Source of the DNA: a bacterium
GTDB taxonomy: Bacteria > UBA8248 > JACPRG01 > G963555815
Assembly: GCA_965261595.1 (NCBI GenBank)
Contig: CBDHDG010000004.1
Location: 480,001 to 544,000 of the forward strand
Length of the DNA stretch: 64,000 nucleotides
Direction of reading: 5' to 3'
The position numbers and the translations under genes are program-made. The notes under the pieces are model-generated. The model saw only the letters and a program-made list of their open reading frames with translations. It was not told where the DNA came from and did not search any database. Shown here piece by piece: positions 19,261-28,082 of the stretch (within the stretch, counting starts at the first letter, position 1; each line of letters starts with the position of its first letter).

Positions 19261-19760
19261 CGCGACACCCCTTTCTCCATGAATCATGGATCAATCGAGT
19301 GTCCAACAAAACCCTAGAGCGGGGGAGCGCCGTCTTCATCCACCCAACCGTTTTCAGCTTTGGTCTGGACTTTTATCTCGGTTGGGCCTTCTGCAATTGT
19401 CTTTAGCGGTATCTTCTGGGCCCACTGCCATATTTTTTGCACGCTGCCAAATATTTTCTTCCGCCAGTAGATGGCGCTGGGAAGCAACGCAAGGAAAAGC
19501 ATTCCCCCCCAGCCCCAATGTCCAAGTGGAAGCCAAGGTTCCATCAGAAACCCCAAGAAGACCGGGGCGGCAGAAAGGCCCCCGACAGCGAGAATGCCCA
19601 TCCGCCCCTTCTGCCAGATGGCGGCTGAATTGTCAACCCTTCTTTGTAATTCCCAAACAAAACCTCGTCCTGGATCGGACCTGGCGGTTTGACCGGTGGG
19701 AGAACTTCTGTTGGCAGGTTCGGCTTTCCGTCGAGGATGTCCGCATGGTGGACTGCCGGG

Positions 19761-20189
19761 CTATCCGTTGGGATAAGAGCCCTCAGCGGCATCAGGGCCG
19801 CTGAGCCGCAGGCCCGCGCGGAGAAGATACACGGCAATCCCTGCAAACACAAGGATGAAGAGCGAAAGCTCTATCGCCCGCTCCCGGACGCCGAGGGCCA
19901 CCTGTTGCATCAGGTAGTAGAGGGAGTTCCCCCCCCCCGAGAGGTGTGCGATCTCCATCTCGATTCTCTTCTGAAACCTGTTCGACAGCTTTGCGACCTC
20001 AGGGGGCGGTTTCGTCCGGAACAAGGCCAGCGCCCGCTCAAACTGGCGGACCGCCTCCCGCTTGAAGCGGGGGCCTTTCAACCGCTTCAACACCATCGCC
20101 AAATCGAAGTGAAGCAGCGCGTCGCCCGGCAGCCAAGCAATGGCCTCTTGGAAGGCCGCCGCGGCCCTTGAAGGGTCTTCCTTGGCCAT
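19761..20189 (-). CDS. Small TPR-like protein with C-terminal TM segment
   Basis: AAAAFQEAIAWLPGDALLHFDLAMVL TPR-like helices; hydrophobic LSLFILVFAGIAVYLL. Confidence 0.6.
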   Translation of the reverse strand: MAKEDPSRAAAAFQEAIAWLPGDALLHFDLAMVLKRLKGPRFKREAVRQFERALALFRTKPPPEVAKLSNRFQKRIEMEIAHLSGGGNSLYYLMQQVALGVRERAIELSLFILVFAGIAVYLLRAGLRLSGPDAAEGSYPNG

Positions 20190-20228
20190 GTAGAGACCTT
20201 GCCCAGCTCCCGGGCCTTGGCGCCTCGC

Positions 20229-21218
20229 CTATTCCCGGTAAACCGGGCGTTTTTCATCCAAGCTGTCAAGCCCCCGTTGAATCCGCTGCCGGAACGACGC
20301 CCGCTCTTCGCCCGTCATGGTGACCGCCCGCTGGGCGAACACGGCATCGGCCTTGCGGAAGTGCCTCAGGGCGTCCTGGTCGCGGCCTTTGAACCGGGTG
20401 TAGGCCTCGGCGAGACGAAGGTGGAGACGGGGATCGTTCGGCGCGTAAACCAGCGCTTTTTTGTATTGAATGGCGGCCTTGTCGTACCACTTTCCGTTGA
20501 AATGATATTCCCCGACCTTGACGATGGTTTGCACCAGCATGTTGCGCGCCCGATCGTACGCGGGGACCAGCTCCACCACCCGCGCCAGCAGGTGCTCTCC
20601 CCTCGGCTTCTGCTGGTTCTTTCGCATCCTTTCCTCGCCGATGCTGGTCAGCTCCTTCGCCAACACCAGACGCGCCTTGGAATCCCGGGGGTTCTTCGTC
20701 ATCAACTTCTCAAGGGAAAAAATCTCCGGCGCGCCGCTCAACCCTCTCTTGTCCCGAGGAATCAAAAATCCCACCACGCTCCAAAGCGCGTCCTTGGGAT
20801 GAGCGGGATCCAGCCGCCCAATCTCCCGCAGGACGTTCGACCCGATGGGAAGACGCTTGAGCGCCGCCGCATAGGCCCGGCCGGCGCGCGCGTTGAGGTT
20901 CAAGGCCTCAAAGTGGCGGCCCAGGACTTCGTGGCCACGCGGGTCTTTGGGGCATTGACGGATGGCCCCCCGGATGAGATTTTCCCGAATGCCGGGCGCG
21001 GCGGCTTTGGCCGCTTCCAGATATTTTTCGGCCGCCTTCTGGCATTCCACCGCCTCTTCCGCCCGGACCTGCCCGGGCGACAAGCACGCAACGGCCAGCA
21101 CAAGGACCGCCAGCGGCCCCGCAACACGAACACGCAGCCTGCAATCCGAGCGTCTGTCTCGACTTGAATCAACCCCGCCGAATGCCGTCATCTGAATTCC
21201 CAGTGAATACCCCGGCAC
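20229..21218 (-). CDS. Exported tetratricopeptide-repeat protein (start uncertain)
   Basis: Signal-peptide-like segment; TPR signature YKKALVYAPNDPRLHLRLAEAY. Confidence 0.72.
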   Translation of the reverse strand: MPGYSLGIQMTAFGGVDSSRDRRSDCRLRVRVAGPLAVLVLAVACLSPGQVRAEEAVECQKAAEKYLEAAKAAAPGIRENLIRGAIRQCPKDPRGHEVLGRHFEALNLNARAGRAYAAALKRLPIGSNVLREIGRLDPAHPKDALWSVVGFLIPRDKRGLSGAPEIFSLEKLMTKNPRDSKARLVLAKELTSIGEERMRKNQQKPRGEHLLARVVELVPAYDRARNMLVQTIVKVGEYHFNGKWYDKAAIQYKKALVYAPNDPRLHLRLAEAYTRFKGRDQDALRHFRKADAVFAQRAVTMTGEERASFRQRIQRGLDSLDEKRPVYRE

Positions 21219-21315
21219 CTCCCCGGATGTCCCGGCAGGAAAAACGGGCCGTCCGGATGACGCCGGAACCGTTGAGCCGGCATCAGATCCACCCCCCTCC
21301 CCCTTCCCTCCCCCG

Positions 21316-22584
21316 TCAGAGGTGAAGGACAGGGGCCAGCGATTCGCTCAAATCCTCATCGGCGACAAACGCGGCGGTCAACTCCTCCTCGCGAAAGACC
21401 TGCTTCGCCACCCGACGGACGTCCTCCCGTGTCACCTGCCCCAGGGCATCCAATTCCTCCCGGAGCGTTCGGACCTCCCCGTCCAGCAGGAGGCCCTCGC
21501 CGTTTCGCTCGGCGAAGTCGTCGGATTCCTCCCGCACGAGCAGAAGACCGCGCAGGTGATTCACCGCGGCCTCCAACTCCTCATCGTCCACCAGGTCTTC
21601 CCGAATCCGGGCGGCCTCCGCCAGAATGACGCGCGTCGCCTCGATGGCCTTGTCCAGCGCGACGCCGGCCTTCAGTTCCACATAGCCCGTATCCGTGAAA
21701 CGGTGCGCCCGCGAATGCACGCTGTACGCCAGCCCGCGCTTCTCGCGCACCTCGTCGAACAGCCGGCTGGACATTTTCCCGCCCAGGATGTCGTTGAGCA
21801 GACGGAGCGCCGGGAGATCGGGATCCTGCCGCCCCGGAGCCCGAAATCCGATGGCCAGATTGACCTGGTCGGTCTGTCGGACGACGCTGCAGATTCGCCT
21901 CGCGCTCTTTTCCGGCAGGTCCGGGCGGGCGGGCCCGGCGTCCCGCGCCGGGCGCGAGCCAAAATACTCCTCGGCCAGGTCCTTCATCGTCCGGTGATCC
22001 AGACGGCCCGCGGCGGAGATGACCGTATTCGCGGGCCGGTACCAATCGGCCATAAGCGCCCGCATGTGTTCGGTCCGGATACTGTCGATGGTCTCCCGGT
22101 TTCCGATGACGCCGACCTGGAGATTGAACATGGTGGTCTCCAACCGGTCACTCACGACAAACCGCGGCATGTCCTCATACATCTTGAGTTCTTCCTGAAT
22201 GACCTGGCGCTCCTTTTCCCACTCCGTCGGGTCGATCAGGCTGTTACCGAGGGCATCAGCGTAGACCGGCAGAACCTTCTCCAGGACCTCCGCCGGCGCG
22301 ACGAAGAAATAGCACGTGCGCTCGGGTCCGGTGTTGGCGTTGATCGTCGCCCCCACGCCTTCCATTTCCTGGGCGATCTGGAGATAGGTGCGCGTCGGCG
22401 TGCCCTTGAACATCATGTGCTCGAGGGCGTGCGAAACCCCGACGACCTCGTCGGCTTCGTGTCGGCCGCCGCACCCGAAATAAACGTGGAACGCCACGGC
22501 TTCGGTGTTCGAGCGTTCCTGCGTGACAATGCGGATTCCGTTGCTGAGTGTGTCCGTTTGAAGCTCCATTTGGGTGTCGCTCAT
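21316..22584 (-). CDS. M16 family (pitrilysin-like) zinc peptidase
   Basis: TLSNGIRI, HALEHMMFKGT (HXXEH), NANT and SSRLFDEVREKRGLAYSV motifs. Confidence 0.92.
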   Translation of the reverse strand: MSDTQMELQTDTLSNGIRIVTQERSNTEAVAFHVYFGCGGRHEADEVVGVSHALEHMMFKGTPTRTYLQIAQEMEGVGATINANTGPERTCYFFVAPAEVLEKVLPVYADALGNSLIDPTEWEKERQVIQEELKMYEDMPRFVVSDRLETTMFNLQVGVIGNRETIDSIRTEHMRALMADWYRPANTVISAAGRLDHRTMKDLAEEYFGSRPARDAGPARPDLPEKSARRICSVVRQTDQVNLAIGFRAPGRQDPDLPALRLLNDILGGKMSSRLFDEVREKRGLAYSVHSRAHRFTDTGYVELKAGVALDKAIEATRVILAEAARIREDLVDDEELEAAVNHLRGLLLVREESDDFAERNGEGLLLDGEVRTLREELDALGQVTREDVRRVAKQVFREEELTAAFVADEDLSESLAPVLHL

Positions 22585-22948
22585 TCCATTCGGGTCCCGG
22601 CGTTCAACGGATGAGAAAGCCTCTGAGACGCTCTTCCACTCTAACGATGCATTATAGGCGCCCGGTGAATTCCAAACAACAGGCGGTCCGCGGCGCTCCG
22701 GGATATTCATTGACTTGGGTCCGGCAATCTTTTACGTTGATACATGGTCTTTCCCCCGGGGACGCATCGGCGGAAGAAAAAGAGGCCCCGAAGGCGATCC
22801 GGGCGCGAAAGCGGGTGGATGAAGGGGGCTGTCACCGTCAAAAGTCGAACCCTTCTGGAATGTCGAAGCGATCGGGAACCGTCACCTTGCGGATAACACA
22901 AATTCGGCGTCGGAACGGCTCGCCCGCCGGAGGAGGAAACGAAGAACG

Positions 22949-23248
22949 ATGATTACGGTTGGCCTTTATTACGACGTAAAGCCCGGGAAAGAGGCGATCT
23001 TCGAAGAGAAATTCGAAGAAGTGCTGGGAGTGCTTGCGGATCAATCGGGCCACAAAGTCAGTTACCTCTACCATCAGGTCAAGCGGCCCAATTCATACGC
23101 CATCCTTTCCGAGTGGGAAAACCGGGAGGATTTCGTAGGCTTCATCAAGAGCGACCTGTTCAAACAAGTCACCGATTGGGGGCTGGATGAGGTTTTGGAA
23201 AATCGTCCGACTCACAAAGTGTACGGCCACGAGGGCGACATGAAGTGA
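22949..23248 (+). CDS. Antibiotic-biosynthesis-monooxygenase (ABM) domain protein
   Basis: YDVKPGKE..FE and YAILSEWENREDF; GGAGGAGG RBS. Confidence 0.8.
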   Translation: MITVGLYYDVKPGKEAIFEEKFEEVLGVLADQSGHKVSYLYHQVKRPNSYAILSEWENREDFVGFIKSDLFKQVTDWGLDEVLENRPTHKVYGHEGDMK

Positions 23249-23648
23249 ATTCGGCGAAGACCGATGTCGGCGCCTCGAAGTTGAGCAGCCTTAAATATCT
23301 TCCCCGCGCCGGAAGGTTTCCCCCGAGTCTGGAAAGGGTTGTCCCAGGGGCGTCTTCGCCCGCTGCCCCCTGCCCTTGGGCGCGGGAAAGCTCAGGTTCA
23401 CCGCCTTGGGGAACCGATTTTCCGGGTTTCTCCGCGTGAAAATCACCCGCCCAAGCCGCACATGACTCCGTGAGCGCGTAAAAGGCTTTTCAGCTTCACG
23501 GCAAACCGGTAGAATCACGGCATCCGGAAGACAGCGCCGCCTCTCGTGCTTGAGCGCCCGCGGCTGGGAGCGCGTTTAGGCGTCATACGAAAGTCGAGTG
23601 GACGGAGCCCTTTTACTTTTAGTCAACCTGAAACCAAAGGAGTTCACT

Positions 23649-24446
23649 ATGGATCTCGGGCTTCAAGGAAAGGTCGCCATCATAAACGGTGGCAGCAAGG
23701 GCATCGGGAAAAGCTCGGCTGTGTTTCTGGCGGAGGAGGGCGCTGAGGTCGGTATCTGCGCCCGCAACCAAGAGGGCATGGATGCAGCCGCAAAAGAGAT
23801 TCGCAACAAGACCGGAAAGGAGATCTTCATCATTCCGGCCGACACCACCCGGGAGGCCGACGCCCAGAACTTCGCCCGGAAGTGCGTCGAGCACTTCGGT
23901 CACGTGGACATCCTGATCAATTGTGCGGGTGGCTCACCTGGCGGAACGATCGATCAGATCACCGAGGCCGACTGGATGTCAAGCCTCAATCTAAAGTTCA
24001 TGGGCTACGTGCGCTGTACGACAGCGATTGTCTCCCATATGCGAGAGCGCAAGTACGGGCGAATCGTCAACGTCATCGGCAACGACGGCATAAAACCAAT
24101 TCACTTTGAACTCACGCCCGGCGCGGCCAACGCCGCCGGCATCAACTTCACACTGGCGATGTCCGAGTCCCTGGCGCTGGACAACGTCCTCATCAACGCC
24201 GTGAACCCCGGCCCGGTGGACACCGACCGCTGGTGGGGGCTGGTGGACACCATGGCCAAGGGAAAGGGCTGTACGCGGGAGGAAGCCGCGCAGATCGCCC
24301 TCAAGAGCCTTCCGCTGGGACGGTTTTGCACAGCCGATGAGGTGGCGGGCCTTGTCGTATTTCTTGCTTCGGAACGAGCCAGCTACATCACCGGGGCCTC
24401 CATCACAGTCGACGGTGCCCAACGGAAGGCCCTGATGGACGTCTAG
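23649..24446 (+). CDS. SDR family oxidoreductase (atypical, lacks YxxxK)
   Basis: MDLGLQGKVAIINGGSKGIG, NAVNPGPVDT and ASYITG motifs. Confidence 0.85.
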   Translation: MDLGLQGKVAIINGGSKGIGKSSAVFLAEEGAEVGICARNQEGMDAAAKEIRNKTGKEIFIIPADTTREADAQNFARKCVEHFGHVDILINCAGGSPGGTIDQITEADWMSSLNLKFMGYVRCTTAIVSHMRERKYGRIVNVIGNDGIKPIHFELTPGAANAAGINFTLAMSESLALDNVLINAVNPGPVDTDRWWGLVDTMAKGKGCTREEAAQIALKSLPLGRFCTADEVAGLVVFLASERASYITGASITVDGAQRKALMDV

Positions 24447-24545
24447 CCCCCGCGCGGTCAACAGGGATCGGTGCGGAGAATCTTGTCTATAAAGCCGGAT
24501 GCGGGCCTCAAATCGCCCCCATCCCAATGCGAAAGGGAGAAAACG

Positions 24546-25541
24546 GTGTCTAACGTTCAACTTGGCTTCGCGTGCGCGGATTACGACCGGACCCGATACA
24601 TCGAGGACGGAACCGTCAAGCCCACCGGGATCGACCTCAACTACATCCGCTTACCGGTTGAAGATATTTTCTGGCGCCAGAGCAAGTTCCAGGAATTCGA
24701 CGTGTCGGAGATGAGCTTCTCCGCCTACCTAATCTTTCGTTCCCGGCCCAACCCTCCGTTCAAGGCCATCCCGATCTTTCCCTCCAAGTTTTTTCGGCAC
24801 TCATGCGTCTTCATCAACAAGAACGCCGGAATCGAGAAACCCGAGGACTTGGCCGGGCGGCGCATCGGTGTGCCCGAATACGCGATGACAGCCATCGTCT
24901 GGCTCCGGGGGACCTTCCACAACGAGTACGGTGTGGACCAAACCGGCGTCACCTGGGTAACGGGGGGCCTGGAGGAATGGGGCCGGAAGGAGCGCGTCGA
25001 CCTGAACCTTCCCGACTCCATCACCGTCGAGAGCGCACCAGCGCCCAAAACCCTCAATGATATGCTGGACACGGGCGAGATCGACGCGCTGTTCACCGCG
25101 CGGGCACCCTCCTCATTCAACCATCCCGGGTCCAACATTGTCCGCCTCTTCCCCAATTTTAAAGAAGTCGAAATAGACTACTACAAACGGACCGGAATCT
25201 ACCCCATCATGCACCTCGTCGTCATCAAGGAGTCCATCCTCGCGGAGCATCCCTGGGTCGCCCAGAACCTCTATGAAGCCCTGTGCGAGTCCAAGGACGT
25301 CGCCATCAAGACCTTAGAAGAGACCGGAGCGTTGGCGGCTACCCTTCCCTGGCTGATTCACGAGATAGAATTCAGCAAACAGGTGCTCGGCGAAGACTAT
25401 TGGTCCTACGGTGTCAAAGCCAACCGGACAACCATCGAAGCCCTGACGCAGTACTCTTTCGAACAGGGGTTATCCGAGCGGAAGCTTTCGGTCGAGGAAC
25501 TGTTCGTGGAAGCGACGCTGGAGGACGTGGTACATCTCTGA
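24546..25541 (+). CDS. 4,5-dihydroxyphthalate decarboxylase-like protein (periplasmic-binding-protein fold)
   Basis: DYDRT, FDVSEMSFS, PIFPSKFFRHS, TA.VWLRG, GIYPIMH and YGV.ANR motifs. Confidence 0.75.
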   Translation: MSNVQLGFACADYDRTRYIEDGTVKPTGIDLNYIRLPVEDIFWRQSKFQEFDVSEMSFSAYLIFRSRPNPPFKAIPIFPSKFFRHSCVFINKNAGIEKPEDLAGRRIGVPEYAMTAIVWLRGTFHNEYGVDQTGVTWVTGGLEEWGRKERVDLNLPDSITVESAPAPKTLNDMLDTGEIDALFTARAPSSFNHPGSNIVRLFPNFKEVEIDYYKRTGIYPIMHLVVIKESILAEHPWVAQNLYEALCESKDVAIKTLEETGALAATLPWLIHEIEFSKQVLGEDYWSYGVKANRTTIEALTQYSFEQGLSERKLSVEELFVEATLEDVVHL

Positions 25542-25577
25542 GCAGAAGAACTCAGCGAACAGGAAGCGGACACGGTA

Positions 25578-26542
25578 GTGCGGGGGCTTCAGTCCTGGCA
25601 AGAGATTACAGATCACGAACCAGCGGAGGCTTTAGCTTCCGCGCTACACACCTTATCTATTCGGAATTATGACGCAATGGTTTCTAATTGGCGAATGACC
25701 ATATCTGAAAATAAAGTTCTGGTAGAAGCACTCGAATCCTTGGTCGAACGCAACTTGTTTTATCCATCATCGGGGGGTGATCTGCCCCACTCCATAAGCA
25801 TGTTTTCACAGTGGATCGAAGACTTTTGGTTTGTTGATCTCAGCTATCCTATCCGCGCCCGTAACTCCGCACCCGCAAAAACGCGTCCGGTTCTCAACTG
25901 CAAATCCGGACCCCCATCGGGTGATTTTCCCCCTCGCCTCGATGGAAATAAGGTCACCACAAGGTCGATGGCTAAATTCCTCTATGGGGGCTACAACTTC
26001 CTGGAACACGAGACTGAGTACATATGTGGACTGCCTCTCCCCAGGGTTTTTGAACTTTATGAGAGGGGGCGCGGCCCCTTTATAAAGGAAGCAAAGTTTG
26101 AGATTTGCGTTTCCCATGAGACATACGAAAATGCGGACATGATCAGGAACATTCGAATTCATCGATGCCGTGGCCTAGGCGACGAGACCTTCCTGTATTT
26201 TTTCAAGAACAAGGGATGCCCGCTATCCATTTTCTACTACCGTGGAGACAGCCGGGAGAGGGCGGAAGCGGTTTCTATTGGCTTAACGGCTCAAAACTAA
26301 AGACTGTACTCGAAGTATTGGAAAACGGAGGTTTGATAGTTACGGACGGTTCCAACTGCGATGATCCAGCGACAAAACAACTAAACCCCACTGGGCGAGG
26401 CTTTGCCTCCCTCGAGGAATTCAACGACAAGACCGATGGCAATCGCATGCGTCTGGCAGAGCCTTTTGTGTTCTCCGATAGAAAGTTTATCTGCCTCGGG
26501 TACGTTGACAATTTGGTAATCTGGCAAGTTACGAAAGTCTAA
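25578..26542 (+). pseudogene. Low-GC hypothetical gene with a frameshift near 26252
   Basis: FYYRGDS in one frame continues as GEGGSGFYWL...GGLIVTDGSN in another. Confidence 0.55.
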
Positions 26543-26587
26543 ATGCACAACTTGGGTTGGCCCCGGGTGTCATGGATCATCCAGACA

Positions 26588-27400
26588 TCAGGTGACGGGC
26601 GGGCGGTTGAGTATTTCGTAGATTTCTACCCGCCGATCCCAAAAAATGTTGTTGAACTTGTTGAAGTCTTTGTCTCTCGACCGCTCAGGCTGAATTTCCA
26701 CAACCTGCCCTTCTGGATCTTTGTCCCCCGCCCGGACCAGGAGCCTGCCCCGGGGATCGACGACCTGGCTGCCCCCCGTGTAGGTCAGCGTCTCGCCGGG
26801 TTTGCGCTTATCCCGACCCGTCCGGTTGCACGTCACGGCAAAGACGCGGTTTTCGAGGCAGCGGATCAGCATCGCCTGGTGACACAGCGTGAAGATCAGG
26901 TTGGATGGATGGCAGAGGATGTCGGCGCCTTGCAGAGCCAGCATCCGGGCAGTCTCGGGAAAGATCCAATCGAAGCAGATCATCAGGCCGAGCCGAACGC
27001 CGCCTACATCGAAGACCGGGGGCGGCTCCTTCCCCGACTGAAACCAGCGCTTCTCTTCGTAGAACAGGTGAAGTTTTCTGTACCGCCCGACGCAACCCTC
27101 CGGTCCGACAAGGACGCAGGCATTGTAGATCTCCCCGCCGTCGCGCTCGGCCAGCCCGGCTGCGATGTACATCCCGTGCTCATCCGCCAAGTCCATCAGG
27201 GCCGTGCACGTCTCTCCGCCGGGGATTGGCTCGGCCAGATCCCGGGCCTCGTCCTCCGACACGAATTGATAGCCTGTGTTGAAGAGCTCCGGCAGGACGA
27301 TCAGGTCCGCTTCCAGACCGGGCAGGGCCCCGCGCACACGGGCCACATTGCCCGCCGGGTCGCCGAAAACCGGCGCGAATTGATAGAAGCCGACGCGCAT
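26588..27400 (-). CDS. Carbon-nitrogen hydrolase (nitrilase/amidase family)
   Basis: E-K-C triad: VLPELF, YRKLHL and ICFDW. Confidence 0.9.
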   Translation of the reverse strand: MRVGFYQFAPVFGDPAGNVARVRGALPGLEADLIVLPELFNTGYQFVSEDEARDLAEPIPGGETCTALMDLADEHGMYIAAGLAERDGGEIYNACVLVGPEGCVGRYRKLHLFYEEKRWFQSGKEPPPVFDVGGVRLGLMICFDWIFPETARMLALQGADILCHPSNLIFTLCHQAMLIRCLENRVFAVTCNRTGRDKRKPGETLTYTGGSQVVDPRGRLLVRAGDKDPEGQVVEIQPERSRDKDFNKFNNIFWDRRVEIYEILNRPPVT

Positions 27401-27422
27401 CGCTCCCGCCCCTCCCCGCTGC

Positions 27423-27890
27423 CTACTTGTCTTTGAAGGTGAACACGTTGTCTTTGAGGTAACCGGCCGCCTCATAGAGGTCCAGCATAGGGGGCGTCCC
27501 GGTTCCCATGGTGATCAGGTCTTCGGTGTTCTCGGCCGGATTGGCGAAACCGTGCTTGACCCCGGCCGGGGCAAAGACCAGGTCGCCTTCCGTCACGTCG
27601 TGCCACCGGTCGTGCAGAAACACCCTGCCCTTTCCCCGGAAGATGAGGATCACGTCTTCGGCGACGGCATGGACGTGGGGCTCGAAGGCCTGGCCGGGCT
27701 TGAGCCGCGCCGAATGAGTGCTGAGCATCCGCGCTCCCATTCCGGGCCACACCAGGAGTCGCAGCGTGCCGTTGGGAAGCTCGTGGGCCGCTTGGCTGTC
27801 GTTGATGTTGAAGACCCCGCCCTCGCGTTGAACCTCTTCGATAGTCTTGTCTTCGCCGCGCTTTGAAGCGCCTTTTCCCGAAGGGGTCAT
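27423..27890 (-). CDS. Cupin domain protein
   Basis: PHVH...ED and GDLVFAPAGVKHG motifs. Confidence 0.85.
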   Translation of the reverse strand: MTPSGKGASKRGEDKTIEEVQREGGVFNINDSQAAHELPNGTLRLLVWPGMGARMLSTHSARLKPGQAFEPHVHAVAEDVILIFRGKGRVFLHDRWHDVTEGDLVFAPAGVKHGFANPAENTEDLITMGTGTPPMLDLYEAAGYLKDNVFTFKDK

Positions 27891-28082
27891 TCACCACCTC
27901 CTGTGAGTTTTTTCCGCGTGTTAATTTCCGCTCAGCGTTGAAGGCCTTTTGCAGGTATCACTTGATGTGCCGGGCGGAGGCGCAAATCGCTTGACCCTCA
28001 GCCTCCGCCGGCCTTTGGTTTGTTGTCGCGGAGGGTGAACAACCTCCGCGCCGCACGAAACGCATCAACAATGACCGCGCGC

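Larger units (their letters stand above)
17923..19326 (-). mobile_element. IS3-family copy 4 (TSD GCGC)
   Basis: GCGC at 17919-17922 and 19327-19330. Confidence 0.95.
17645..19601 (-). pseudogene. IS1595 cargo gene 1, membrane protein with two N-terminal TM segments, split by IS3 copy 4
   Basis: ...GWVDEDGA joins IKLLIASSLVRLRL...AKR* in frame after removing the IS and one GCGC. Confidence 0.72.
14694..19654 (+). mobile_element. IS1595-family transporter IS with cargo genes and two nested IS3 copies
   Basis: TIRs GGGGATTACAAAGAAGGGTTGACA and TGTCAACCCTTCTTTGTAATTCCC; 8-bp TSD AAACAAAA at 14686-14693 and 19655-19662. Confidence 0.92.
14413..19804 (+). pseudogene. Membrane-anchored hypothetical protein split by the IS1595 element
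   Basis: Removing the element and one AAACAAAA gives the continuous frame ...LYHVKQNLVLDRTWRFDRWENFCW...HQGR* (~140 aa). Confidence 0.75.

Noticed and set aside
15870..19326. IS3 copies 3 and 4 as a composite transposon that delivered the intervening DNA
   Set aside because: Each copy has its own TSD and the interrupted genes rejoin across each, so they are independent insertions.
23490..23530. GGCAAACC segment as a c-di-GMP-I riboswitch
   Set aside because: It lacks the GNRA loop and the downstream GACGCAAA consensus.
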